Assembly (NCBI GenBank): GCA_964016885.1 | Contig: OZ024742.1 | Coordinates: 192,820,001-192,884,000 of the forward strand | Length of the DNA: 64,000 nucleotides | Origin: Eledone cirrhosa | Lineage: Eukaryota | Reading direction: 5' to 3' | In this document: positions 1-11,879 of the stretch, piece by piece | Layout: each line of letters opens with the position of its first letter | Position numbering within the stretch: the first letter of the stretch is position 1 | The notes under the pieces: model-generated | Database searches by the model: none | Told to the model about the DNA's origin: nothing | The model's input: only the letters and a program-made list of their open reading frames with translations | Translations under genes and position numbers: made by a program

Positions 1-899
1 CGGCAGACCTCGCAAGGACTCTATATCTTTATGATGTATTGTTTTTGTTTATGCCACGAAACTACGTAGTCGAGGAATCTAGGAGTAGTTTAGGTATGAT
101 ACATTTTATTACTAATTATATGTAAATGTTTCTTCTCTCTTCATAATGTATTTTTAACTCTGATACTGGTTCAGTCTAGTTCAACCGGATTGGTCTGTCC
201 CAGTCATTCATTGAGCAACATCGGTGAAGTTGGCTCCCTTAACTCACGGTTGGGTGCGGATGCATTCATGTATATGTGTGTGTCCGCATGTATCTGTGTG
301 TTTCTAAATATATTGTTGATGGCTCCCTCTGGTCGAGCAATCTTTGAAGTGTGGGGACTGCTGGAAAGCTTCCATTACTCATACTTCTCTCCTCCTTCAC
401 CACCTCTTCTACGGCTTCGATATAAATACCCCCTCCGCCTCCGTGGTATTTTCTTCGGGGTTATAAGAGGCTTAGCTCTGTTTCTCGACGTTATATCGCG
501 TGACTATCTCCCCCTCCGCCTTTTAGGATTCTTTCTCACGTCGTGTAGACGCGTTCTTGAGACTAGTAAAATGAGGTATCCTCTTGATAAGTCGGCAGAC
601 CTCGCAAGGACTCTATATCTTTATGATGTATTGTTTTTGTTTATGCCACGAAACTACGTAGTCGAGGAATCTAGGAGCAGTTTAGGTATGATACATTTTA
701 TTACTAATTATATCTAAATGTTTCTTCTCTCTTCATAATGTATTTTTAACTCTGATACTGGTTCAGACTAGTTCAACCGGATTGGTCTGTCCCAGTCATT
801 CATTGAGCAACATCGGTGAAGTTGGCACCCTTAACTCACGGTTGGGTGCAGGTGCATTCATGTATATGTGTGTGTCCGCATGTATCTGTGTGTTTCTAA

Positions 900-906
<7 letters not shown>
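1..906 (+). repeat. Tandem 592-nt non-coding unit (partial copy 1-314 + full copy 315-906) carrying a hammerhead ribozyme; retrozyme-like or PLE pLTR tandem
   Basis: 1-314 recurs at 593-906 with only a handful of substitutions (period 592); ends in (TA)n at ~907; no credible ORF. Confidence 0.8.
579..668 (+). ncRNA. Type I hammerhead ribozyme, U3-A8 core variant, long stem II insert
   Basis: stem I tcctc(579-583)/gagga(664-668); core TTGATAA(584-590); stem II base gtcggca/tgccac; GAAAC-tacgta-GTC with palindromic stem III; 3' half repeated at 1-76. Confidence 0.7.
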
Positions 907-936
<30 letters not shown>

Positions 937-1147
937 TTTCTGAATTTGTTTAGCAAGATTCTTTATCTGAAATCGTGTGTTGAAACCGATATTGTTATAC
1001 TTTGGGAGGGTCATGTTGCCAATAAGAAACACACGCACCAGTTGCTTTCACTTCAATTTAATTTATTATATATTTATAAATTTACAAATTTATAAATTTC
1101 TGGTTGGTTGGTTGGTTCCACAACCAGATAGTTGTTTATATATATAT

Positions 1148-1192
1148 AGTCATAGTTCTTTCGTCACACACTCTGTGACCTCTTCAGTGACT
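1148..1192 (-). ncRNA. Minimal type I hammerhead ribozyme (PLE pLTR)
   Basis: Reverse complement of the motif at 4036-4080. Confidence 0.75.
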
Positions 1193-1497
1193 GGGGATTT
1201 CTTTCTTCGTTTCTGTGCCTTTCCTTTCTTCTATCCTACGCCATTTTGTTTGTGTGTGGGTTGCGTGCTCAGTTTGCGCATGCGCCACATCCGGGTGTCT
1301 GTGTGTGTTTGTGTTCATTTTTCTATTTTTCTATTTCTATTTTTCTATTTGTTTATTTATTTATTTATTTATTGTTGGTTGGTTGTTTGTTCTATGTGTG
1401 TGTGTGTTTTCATTTTGTCTTATGTGTGTTTTCATTTTGTGTGTGTTTTCAATTGTAAGTTGTTTGTTCTATGTGTGTGTGTGTTTTCATTTTGTCC

Positions 1498-3246
1498 TTA
1501 ATTGTAAGTTGTGATGTTGCTGTTCCACTCATATTTTCTATTTAATTTTGGTTTTAATTCTTTTATGCTTACTGCCTCTGTAATTTGCCTAAACATTGCG
1601 TCTTTCTTGTGTGTGGATTCTATTTTTATTTCTATGCTCTCTAATTTACCCCTGTGTTCTATCTTAGCATGTTGGTAGAGCACAGATGATTCTTTATTAT
1701 CTTGGAGGTCTCGCCAGTGTTCATTTATTCGTTCCCCTATACTACGAGCTGTCTCACCTATGTACACTATATTTTTGTTTCTACATTGTCCTTCAGTACA
1801 TCTTATGCTATATACTACATTTCTAGTTTTACAGTTAATATGGGGGCTTATTTTACAGGTTATACATTTCTTATCTATACATGAGGGTCTTTGGAACGGG
1901 TATGTCTTGCTAATAAGTGTTTTTACGGAGGTACCAGGTCTTTCTACTATCTTAATATTGAGATTATGTTTCTTTAGGACCCTTCTAAATTTGTAGGCTA
2001 GTTCGCCTCTAGGGGTTGTATTGATGAACATTACACTCTGGTATTTATTGCTATCATACCATGAGTTTATTCTATTGGCCTTGTTCCTAGTTCTTTCTAT
2101 TCTATTCCAAAATTTGCTCCTATACAAGGGGCAGGTCCCATTTATGTCATTATTTACCATTTTTTCCCATTTGGTTCTGGCTCCTTTATACACTCTGATT
2201 CTATCTCTCTGATTGTAGCCAGAGAACTGCATACGGTGTATGAAGTGTTGTATGTGTCTCTCTAGTTCTTCGGGGTTGCACATGCGGGACACATTTCTCA
2301 TCACCCGTACCAAATCCGCAATCAGTATGTTGATTTTGGTATGGTCCGAAATGGCCGAGTTTCGGTGGATCAGATGTTTGGAAGTCATGGGTTTGGCATA
2401 ATGGGAATGGAGGATTTGTTTTTGGTTGTTAATTGTATCTAACCAGAGCTCTGTGTCTAGTACAGGTAATCGATGGTTGGGGTGTCTACTTGGGTAGTCT
2501 ATAGTAACTCTAATGCTCTGGTGGATGGAGTTTGCTATTTGCTGGATGCTTTCCATTGTGTTTTTCTCTAGTTCCTGACTGTTCTTTAGTGGGGGTGTCT
2601 TAACTACGATGTTTATATCATCTACGTAGCGGGAGTACATTATCAGGGTTAAGCTGTCTTCTAATTGTTCATTAAGTTTTTGTTTAAGTCTACTGTCCCA
2701 CCATACCATGAATAAGTTAGCTATGTCGCCTGCAATGCTAACACCAATGGCTGCTCCTTCCTCTTGGGCATATGTTTTACCATTAAATTTGAACATATGT
2801 TCCTTAAGGGTTAATTTTATGCTGGCCCCTACCGCATGTGCAATCATTTTCTTCAGTTCATCGTGGTTTTCGGGTGTCCGTATGGCTCTGGTCCACCCGT
2901 TCCATCTATCTGTGTGGGTTTTCTTGGCCATTGAGGTAATGGTAGGTGGTCTGCCTCTTGCTGGTCTTGTAGGGCACAGGTTGCTAAGGTCATAAGTGTC
3001 TAGGTAACTATTACTATGGGTAAGCTTAAGTAGAAGTCCCAGCTCACTGGTATCAATCCCACGGAACTCAACCTTGCTCTCGCTGATCATTTCTACGCAT
3101 TTCTCCACAGCAAAATCCACGGCAATAGATGGATACAGGGACACAACATCCATACTGCCTATTATGCAGTTTGTTAGGTCCCCAGATCGGTTACCCGCGC
3201 CGATTCTGCTGAGGAGGTCCTCCGTGCTGTCACACACATCTGGGGC
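1498..3246 (-). CDS. PLE RT + GIY-YIG endonuclease, N-terminally truncated
   Basis: Open frame from the inversion junction (APDVCDSTEDLL...) to the stop at 1498; the first ~73 aa of the listed 655-aa ORF are antisense read-through of the inverted arm. Confidence 0.88.
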   Translation of the reverse strand, partial: APDVCDSTEDLLSRIGAGNRSGDLTNCIIGSMDVVSLYPSIAVDFAVEKCVEMISESKVEFRGIDTSELGLLLKLTHSNSYLDTYDLSNLCPTRPARGRPPTITSMAKKTHTDRWNGWTRAIRTPENHDELKKMIAHAVGASIKLTLKEHMFKFNGKTYAQEEGAAIGVSIAGDIANLFMVWWDSRLKQKLNEQLEDSLTLIMYSRYVDDINIVVKTPPLKNSQELEKNTMESIQQIANSIHQSIRVTIDYPSRHPNHRLPVLDTELWLDTINNQKQILHSHYAKPMTSKHLIHRNSAISDHTKINILIADLVRVMRNVSRMCNPEELERHIQHFIHRMQFSGYNQRDRIRVYKGARTKWEKMVNNDINGTCPLYRSKFWNRIERTRNKANRINSWYDSNKYQSVMFINTTPRGELAYKFRRVLKKHNLNIKIVERPGTSVKTLISKTYPFQRPSCIDKKCITCKISPHINCKTRNVVYSIRCTEGQCRNKNIVYIGETARSIGERINEHWRDLQDNKESSVLYQHAKIEHRGKLESIEIKIESTHKKDAMFRQITEAVSIKELKPKLNRKYEWNSNITTYN

Positions 3247-4035
3247 CCTAAAGAAACATAATCTCAATATTAAGATAGTAGAAAGACCTGGTACCTCCGT
3301 AAAAACACTTATTAGCAAGACATACCCGTTCCAAAGACCCTCATGTATAGATAAGAAATGTATAACCTGTAAAATAAGCCCCCATATTAACTGTAAAACT
3401 AGAAATGTAGTATATAGCATAAGATGTACTGAAGGACAATGTAGAAACAAAAATATAGTGTACATAGGTGAGACAGCTCGTAGTATAGGGGAACGAATAA
3501 ATGAACACTGGCGAGACCTCCAAGATAATAAAGAATCATCTGTGCTCTACCAACATGCTAAGATAGAACACAGGGGTAAATTAGAGAGCATAGAAATAAA
3601 AATAGAATCCACACACAAGAAAGACGCAATGTTTAGGCAAATTAAAGTAAGAGGCAGTAAGCATAAAAGAATTAAACCAAAATTAAATAGAAAATATGAG
3701 TGGAACAGCAACATCACAACTTACAATTAAGGACAAAATGAAAACACACACACACATAGAACAAACAACTTACAATTGAAAACACACACAAAATGAAAAC
3801 ACACACAAGACAAAATGAAAACACACACACACATAGAACAAACAACCAACCAACAATAAATAAATAAATAAATAAACAAATAGAAAAATAGAAATAGAAA
3901 AATAGAAAAATGAACACAAACACACACAGACACCCGGATGTGGAGCATGCGCAAACTGAGCACGCAACCCACACACAAACAAAATGGCGTAGGATAGAAG
4001 AAAGGAAAGGCACAGAAACGAAGAAAGAAATCCCC

Positions 4036-4080
4036 AGTCACTGAAGAGGTCACAGAGTGTGTGACGAAAGAACTATGACT
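4036..4080 (+). ncRNA. Minimal type I hammerhead ribozyme (PLE pLTR)
   Basis: agtca-CTGAAGA-g-gtcac(agagtgt)gtgac-GAAA-gaac-TA-tgact: 5-bp stem I, 5-bp stem II, minimal stem III. Confidence 0.75.
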
Positions 4081-4231
4081 ATATATATATAAACAACTAT
4101 CTGGTTGTGGAACCAACCAACCAACCAGAAATTTATAAATTTGTAAATTTATAAATATATAATAAATTAAATTGAAGTGAAAGCAACTGGTGCGTGTGTT
4201 TCTTATTGGCAACATGACCCTCCCAAAGTAT

Positions 4232-4392
<161 letters not shown>

Positions 4393-4429
4393 TAATATAA
4401 GATCAAAAGATGGTTAAAGGAGTTCCATA

Positions 4430-4500
4430 TATTTTATTATGCGCATTTCAAAAACAAACATCATCAAGCAATAATATTTGTGTTTTCATCAGATAAAACA
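4430..4500 (-). ncRNA. Type I hammerhead ribozyme (Naiad-like PLE pLTR)
   Basis: Reverse complement of 10516-10586. Confidence 0.85.
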
Positions 4501-5483
4501 GGAGAACATGATATGAAGGTTAAAAATAAACACACATGTTGATAGTGCAGTTTTTAATCAACATATGAAAAGTGGTTTTAGATTGATGTGTGATATTGGG
4601 AAAAAATATTTTATTTAGAGAGGGGGGGGGAAAGGATGAAAAGGGAAGGAGATGAGTGATAGAGAGAAAGAGATAGTTTTTATAACTGAGAGGAGATATA
4701 TTTTTTACATAGAGGGGTTGAAAACCGTTGGAAGATACTGTATAAATTAAAAATTTTGAAAATTAACGAAGGGAGGATATGTGCGAGGAAAAAATATTTT
4801 ATTTAGGGAGGGGGGTGGGTGGAAAGAATGAAAAAAAGGGGGGAGGAGATGAGAGTGAAGGTGGAGAGGGAGAGATGGGTGATAGAGAGAAAGAGATAGT
4901 TTTTATAACTGAGAAAAAGATATATTGTTTTAATATAGAGAGGTTGGGAACCGTTGGAAGATAATGTATAAATTAAAGGAATTTGAAAATTAACGAAGGG
5001 AAATTATGTATGAAGATAGAGAGAAAAAAATAATAATTGTGGGTGAATATTCTAACGTCAAAAGAAGAAATGTATGTATTGTGGCAATTTCAAAATTAGC
5101 GAAGAGAAAAAATGTTAAGGTTTGTGTGTAGAAGGATTTGAGAAAAATAATGTGAAGTTAAAGTTTGTATATTGAATTGATATGTATTAATAATGAGTTC
5201 GTTGATGGGGAGAAAAAAAAAAAAAAATAATAATAAATTAAGGATGAAATTGAGATTAAAAAGATTTATGATAGAGAGAAAAAATAATAATGATTGCGGA
5301 TAAATATTCAAAATGTCAAAAACAAATGTTATTATTTTACGAGAAGATAGAATGAGGGTAATGAGTAAACGAGTATTATAGAGTGTATAATGCCCTTTAA
5401 AGTAAGGTAGATGGGTATATTTTAAAGAGGTGTATGTATATGTGCCTTTGAGAAAAGATTCTAAATTGATAAAGAATTGAATA

Positions 5484-7883
5484 TTAACTGTATACTTTGT
5501 GAAAAGTTCTATGGAATTTATGCAGGCAGATAGAAAACAAATCTGAGCGTCTATTTATTATAGATTCTAGGTTAGAGATAATGGTAAATTTTTCATTTAG
5601 GCAAAGATTACAGATTTTAGATAGAGAGCTGTTCAAGTATGAGGATGCAGAAGAAATCTTTTTCCAAAAGATGCTATATTTAATGTTTTTGTCTTTTAAG
5701 GACCATATGAGTTCTGAGAGAGCAGTGTTAGTTCTTTTAAGTTTGTATTTGAAAGATGAATGATGATTATAGAGACGAGCTTTAAAAGAGGTGGAAGTGG
5801 AGCCAAAATAGGTGAAGGAATTGGTGCTAGTTATAATTTTACATTCATAAATTAAGTTTTTATCGAGGCAATGGTTGTTGAGAGGACATTTATTTTTAAT
5901 GCGGCAGTTGCAATTAGAGAGATTATTAATGAGTGATCTAGTGTTATCTATAGAAGGAATTGGATTGGAGAAGTTGTTTGCGATAGCAATAACAGGAATA
6001 ATAGTTTCTTGATTTAGAGTTGGATTATGAACATTTAGCGAAGTTGTGTTTGACGTTGTATTTGGGTTTACAGAAGTTAGCCTAGGGTTTACAATGACGT
6101 CGGGAGTACTATTACTGTTATTATGAAATTCAATATTGGAAGGAAGAGATTTAGTATTTAATATTTTGTTGTGTTTAGAGATGATGTTGGAAATATTGGA
6201 GGATGTAGAATACGAAAATTTGATGGTGTGTTTGTTAAATATTTTACTATAGATATGTGAGGGAGGGAAGCATTTATTTAAGGCACTAAAAAATAATTTA
6301 GGAATATTGTTATTAATAGAGATGGAGAAAGGAGCATTATACCAGATTATGTTTTTGTATCTAGGTCTTTTATTAAAATTATTGGAATGGTCATGATTAA
6401 TTATTCTACTGTAAGTTTTCCTAGAATTTGTTTCTTTATTATATTTGATTTTATCTGGATAGCCGGCTTTAGAAAGTGCGTTGTTATAGTAATTGGCGTT
6501 AGCATCAAAGATGTTTTTATTAGAAGATATGTTAGATATTCTATTTCCAATATTATTAACTATAGCATTCTTGATATTGGTAGGATGGTTAGATTTAAAG
6601 TTAACATAATTAAGATTCTCATTGTTTTTATGGTAAGGGTAATATAGGCCAGTGTCAAGATTAAGAGATACATCCAAGAAATTAGCTAGTTTGATACTAT
6701 TATCAAATTCAATTTTTAGGTTATGTTGGTTAAAGAGATTACGTATATTGTTCTTAATAATATTAAGTTTAACTATATTGCAATTTAGGATAGTAAAGAG
6801 TCCATCGTCACGATAAATTCCACCGCGAAGTTGAGGAATTTTCCGACTCAAAGAGTTCAAAATGAAGATACCAATTAAATCAGTCAATTGGGATGAATCG
6901 GATGCTCCCATTGTGATGTCGAAGTTGTTAGAGGTATCGGCTCTGGTCCAATATTCGTTGTTGAACTCTAGGATGGTTTTACGTGCGGTGAGGATAATGT
7001 GAAGTTCATCTGTGGTGATGTCAGAATATTTAAGTGCGAAAGATAGAGCATTATTGAGAAGTGAAGGCGAAATGGAGGAATAGTAGCTGGCAATATCGAA
7101 TTGAATAAATTTTAGTTTGTTTTTATTATCCAATTTGTTGAACCAGCCAATCACTTCAGAAGTACCAAACCATAAATTTAGGTTTAAAGAAGAGCAATTA
7201 GAACTAACCTGTGGGATAATCCTATCCAAGATGGCTTTACTAACAACCCCCAGATCAGATTTAGAGGGGGCGATTAATCTAACAGGTAGTTCAGTGCGAA
7301 AATTGTTTTTGTGATCCTTGAGATTTATCCTCGGAGTTCTTGGGAGGAATGGTTCGGTCTTTATTTCAATGCCAAGTTTTGACATAATCTCATAGGCTTC
7401 AAGGTTTATGCATTCTAAATTTTCATGGTTGGTTTTACGATACTTTTTCCTAAGTTCCTTTAGGATAAGGTTGTTATAATTATCCTTGGAAATACCATAT
7501 AGGTTATTGGTTTTGTCAGAGTGGACTAAAACATTTTTTGAGGAATTTAGGTTAGAGATTGTGTTCTTGAGATTTACAAGGTGCTCTTGTCCTTTGTAAG
7601 GGTATCTCTTGAATTTAAGATTTTTTATTATTTTAGTTAATTCTTCCTCGAATTGTGCTAGATTTTTGTTGGAAGGAGGATTTCGTCTAGAATTAAAAAG
7701 ATGATCGAGGAAGTTGTGTTCTTTGGTATGAAAGTTCCCTTTTAGGCGCTGGTCATAGAAATAGGCTGTCCATCTAAGTCTTCTTACGAAGGAGTCAGTT
7801 TTTTCAATAAGAAGTTTGGTGAATTCGGATTTACTAGGTATAGGAATGTCTTTAGTTGAATTGGTTATGTTGTAATAATCCAT
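5484..7883 (-). CDS. Intact PLE polyprotein, RT + C-terminal GIY-YIG endonuclease (799 aa)
   Basis: ATG at 7883 (MDYYNITNSTKDIPIPSK); motifs KSDKT-like HSDKT, LKDHK, QFDIASYYSSI, MGA, YRDDG, IIWYNAPFS, CNCR..CPL..C, LIY/TYFG, CNLCLNEK; no stops. Confidence 0.93.
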   Translation of the reverse strand: MDYYNITNSTKDIPIPSKSEFTKLLIEKTDSFVRRLRWTAYFYDQRLKGNFHTKEHNFLDHLFNSRRNPPSNKNLAQFEEELTKIIKNLKFKRYPYKGQEHLVNLKNTISNLNSSKNVLVHSDKTNNLYGISKDNYNNLILKELRKKYRKTNHENLECINLEAYEIMSKLGIEIKTEPFLPRTPRINLKDHKNNFRTELPVRLIAPSKSDLGVVSKAILDRIIPQVSSNCSSLNLNLWFGTSEVIGWFNKLDNKNKLKFIQFDIASYYSSISPSLLNNALSFALKYSDITTDELHIILTARKTILEFNNEYWTRADTSNNFDITMGASDSSQLTDLIGIFILNSLSRKIPQLRGGIYRDDGLFTILNCNIVKLNIIKNNIRNLFNQHNLKIEFDNSIKLANFLDVSLNLDTGLYYPYHKNNENLNYVNFKSNHPTNIKNAIVNNIGNRISNISSNKNIFDANANYYNNALSKAGYPDKIKYNKETNSRKTYSRIINHDHSNNFNKRPRYKNIIWYNAPFSISINNNIPKLFFSALNKCFPPSHIYSKIFNKHTIKFSYSTSSNISNIISKHNKILNTKSLPSNIEFHNNSNSTPDVIVNPRLTSVNPNTTSNTTSLNVHNPTLNQETIIPVIAIANNFSNPIPSIDNTRSLINNLSNCNCRIKNKCPLNNHCLDKNLIYECKIITSTNSFTYFGSTSTSFKARLYNHHSSFKYKLKRTNTALSELIWSLKDKNIKYSIFWKKISSASSYLNSSLSKICNLCLNEKFTIISNLESIINRRSDLFSICLHKFHRTFHKVYS

Positions 7884-8087
7884 GTTGTAGAAGAAGAGGT
7901 GAAGGACCATCAAAAGGTATCCAATATGAGAGTAAGCGCTCAACCGTTAAGGAGCAAGTTAATGTAGGAGGTGAGTTTTATTGTAGTACAATAAAGCAAT
8001 GCAGATATCGGATAAGAAGCACTCTACAGTTTGTGGGACTGGAGTATGCATAATATAAGATCAAAAGATGGTTAAAGGAGTTCCATA

Positions 8088-8158
8088 TATTTTATTATGC
8101 GCATTTCAAAAACAAACATCATCAAGCAATAATATTTGTGTTTTCATCAGATAAAACA
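8088..8158 (-). ncRNA. Type I hammerhead ribozyme (second tandem copy, upstream of ORF)
   Basis: Same sequence as 4430-4500. Confidence 0.85.
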
Positions 8159-10515
8159 GGAGAACATGATATGAAGGTTAAAAAAAACACACATGTTGAT
8201 AGTGCAGTTTTTAATCAACATATGAAAAGTGGTTTTAGATTGATGTGTGATATTGGGAAAAATATTTTATTTAGAGAGGGGGGGGGGGAGGATGAAAAGG
8301 GAAGGAGATGAGAGGGAGAGATGGGTGATAGAGAGAAAGAGATAGTTTTTATAACTGAGAGGAGATATATTTTTTACATAGAGGGGTTGAAAACCGTTGG
8401 AAGATACTGTATAAATTAAAAAAATTGAAAATTAACGAAGGGAGGATATGTGCGAGGAAAAAATATTTTATTTAGGGAGGGGGTGGGGGGGTGGAAAGAA
8501 TGAAAAAAAGGGGGGAGGAGATGAGAGTGAAGGTGGAGAGGGAGAGATGGGTGATAGAGAGAAAGAGATAGTTTTTATAACTGAGAAAAAGATATATTGT
8601 TTTAATATAGAGAGGTTGGGAACCGTTGGAAGATAATGTATAAATTAAAGGAATTTGAAAATTAACGAAGGGAAATTATGTATGAAGATAGAGAGAAAAA
8701 AATAATAATTGTGGGTGAATATTCTAACGTCAAAAGAAGAAATGTATGTATTGTGGCAATTTCAAAATTAGCGAAGAGAAAAAATGTTAAGGTTTGTGTG
8801 TAGAAGGATTTGAGAAAAATAATGTGAAGTTAAAGTTTGTATATTGAATTGATATGTATTAATAATGAGTTCGTTGATGGGGAGAAAAAAAAAAAAAAAT
8901 AATAATAAATTAAGGATGAAATTGAGATTAAAAAGATTTATGATAGAGAGAAAAAATAATAATGATTGCGGATGAATATTCAAAATGTCAAAAACAAATG
9001 TTATTATTTTACGAGAAGATAGAATGAGGGTAATGAGTAAACGAGTATTATAGAGTGTATAATGCCCTTTAAAGTAAGGTAGATGGGTATATTTTAAAGA
9101 GGTGTATGTATATGTGCCTTTGAGAAAAGATTCTAAATTGATAAAGAATTGAATATTAACTGTATACTTTGTGAAAAGTTCTATGGAATTTATGCAGGCA
9201 GATAGAAAACAAATCTGAGCGTCTATTTATTATAGATTCTAGGTTAGAGATAATGGTAAATTTTTCATTTAGGCAAAGATTACAGATTTTAGATAGAGAG
9301 CTGTTCAAGTATGAGGATGCAGAAGAAATCTTTTTCCAAAAGATGCTATATTTAATGTTTTTGTCTTTTAAGGACCATATGAGTTCTGAGAGAGCAGTGT
9401 TAGTTCTTTTAAGTTTGTATTTGAAAGATGAATGATGATTATAGAGACGAGCTTTAAAAGAGGTGGAAGTGGAGCCAAAATAGGTGAAGGAATTGGTGCT
9501 AGTTATAATTTTACATTCATAAATTAAGTTTTTATCGAGGCAATGGTTGTTGAGAGGACATTTATTTTTAATGCGGCAGTTGCAATTAGAGAGATTATTA
9601 ATGAGTGATCTAGTGTTATCTATAGAAGGAATTGGATTGGAGAAGTTGTTTGCGATAGCAATAACAGGAATAATAGTTTCTTGATTTAGAGTTGGATTAT
9701 GAACATTTAGCGAAGTTGTGTTTGACGTTGTATTTGGGTTTACAGAAGTTAGCCTAGGGTTTACAATGACGTCGGGAGTACTATTTTTTTTTTTTTCTCC
9801 CCATCAACGAACTCATTATTAATACATGTCAATTCAATATACAAACTTTAACTTCACATTATTTTTCTCAAATCTTAACATTTTCACAAACCTTAACATT
9901 TTTTCTCTTCGCTAATTTTGAAATTGCCACAATACATACATTTCTTCTTTTGACGTTAGAATATTCACCCACAATTATTATTTTTTTCTCTCTATCTTCA
10001 TACATAATTTCCCTTCGTTAATTTTCAAATTCCTTTAATTTATACATTATCTTCCAACGGTTCCCAACCTCTCTATATTAAAACAATATATCTTTTTCTC
10101 AGTTATAAAAACTATCTCTTTCTCTCTATCACCCATCTCTCCCTCTCCACCTTCACTCTCATCTCCTCCCCCCTTTTTTTCATTCTTTCCACCCCCCTCC
10201 CTAAATAAAATATTTTTTCCTCGCACATATCCTCCCTTCGTTAATTTTCAAAATTTTTAATTTATACAGTATCTTCCAACGGTTTTCAACCCCTCTATGT
10301 AAAAAATATATCTCCTCTCAGTTATAAAAACTATCTCTTTCTCTCTATCACCCATCTCTCCCTCTCATCTCCTTCCATTTTCATCCTCCCCCCCCCTCTC
10401 TAAATAAAATATTTTTCCCAATATCACACATCAATCTAAAACCACTTTTCATATGTTGATTAAAAACTGCACTATCAACATGTGTGTTTTTTTTAACCTT
10501 CATATCATGTTCTCC

Positions 10516-10586
10516 TGTTTTATCTGATGAAAACACAAATATTATTGCTTGATGATGTTTGTTTTTGAAATGCGCATAATAAAATA
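10516..10586 (+). ncRNA. Type I hammerhead ribozyme (inverted pLTR copy)
   Basis: tgttttat-CTGATGA-long AU/GU-rich stem II-GAAA-tgcgca-TA-ataaaata; 8-bp stem I; palindromic stem III atgcgcat. Confidence 0.85.
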
Positions 10587-11158
10587 TATGGAACTCCTTT
10601 AACCATCTTTTGATCTTATATTATGCATACTCCAGTCCCACAAACTGTAGAGTGCTTCTTATCCGATATCTGCATTGCTTTATTGTACTACAATAAAACT
10701 CACCTCCTACATATATACATATATATATATATATAAATATAATTCAGCGAGAATCGTATTTCGGCTGGTAAAAAAAGCGAAACGAAACGCAAAATCGTAG
10801 AAATGCTGGCAACCACTCAATAGTTAAAAAAACTAGAGCTAAACAATAAGTTAAAACGCCATACAAACTGAAAAAGTGGTTAAGAAGGCATTAACCACCT
10901 AAGCCAAAAAACAAATCAAGCTAAACAGGTCAAACAAAATAAATGATAAAAACAGATCTGGACCCAAATGGAATTGGTGCTAAAATCCAAATGTAGGGTT
11001 TCTATGACGCCTAAATCAATAATACTGTCTGCTTAAAACTATAAGCTTTCAGTATAAAGATCGAACAAGGAATATAACGTTATCAACAGGTAATTTTGCT
11101 CTGTAACCAATTTTGCGAGTGACGCAGAAGTTAGTAAACGCACATGCGTAAGTCACAA

Positions 11159-11271
11159 GGGTCCATAACTTCAATGGATGAACCTGAGCTAATATTCTGC
11201 GAAAAGTACGTAACTGTTACGTACTTTTCGCAGAATATTAGCTCAGGTTCATCCATCGAAGTTATGAACCC
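11159..11271. repeat. Near-perfect 113-nt palindrome
   Basis: 56-nt arms around a single T at 11215, 2 mismatches. Confidence 0.92.
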
Positions 11272-11517
11272 GACTCCATTATTGAACTGCTCTTCAGACC
11301 ATTGAGGCAATAAACAATATAGTTATTCTTGGATCACCAGGTGACTCTGGATTAATCCTCTGCGAAACGCACGTAATAAAATAAATACATATAAACGAAA
11401 CTTCACCATATTTTCTTAATATATACACTCTGCCTGTGCATTGAATGCACGTTTTGGTACCGCTACCAGTAATTTACTGAATCACACACACATACACACA
11501 CAGAACACACAGACACA

Positions 11518-11649
<132 letters not shown>

Positions 11650-11748
11650 GAGAGATAGATAGATAGATACATACATACAATAAGTAGTGAAATGCATTGT
11701 TATCTAATTTAATAATTACACGTTTCTTTTTTTCTGTTTACCTTGTAG

Positions 11749-11879
11749 CTTTAAAACAGGATGGTCCCGGATGGAAAGAGTGCTCTTTGTATTGACTCTA
11801 TTACTAGTTATCTGTGTTTTGGCTGTCACCTCAGCACTGGTTTTGGTTATTTTCAAATCAAAAGCAGGAAAGCAAACAG
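11749..11879 (+). CDS. M13 metallopeptidase (neprilysin/ECE-like) exon: cytoplasmic tail end + type II transmembrane helix
   Basis: Pyrimidine tract + ttgtag acceptor; FKTGWSRMERVLFVLTLLLVICVLAVTSALVLVIFKSKAGKQT; donor G|gtacgt, phase 1, matches the next exon. Confidence 0.75.

Noticed and set aside
190-717. 175-aa ORF in the tandem unit
   Set aside because: Non-ATG start, no recognisable domain, overlaps the ribozyme; treated as chance
5484-7883. Selenoprotein recoding, described for some Naiad PLEs
   Set aside because: ORF has no in-frame TGA and conserved positions are Cys; no SECIS identified by eye
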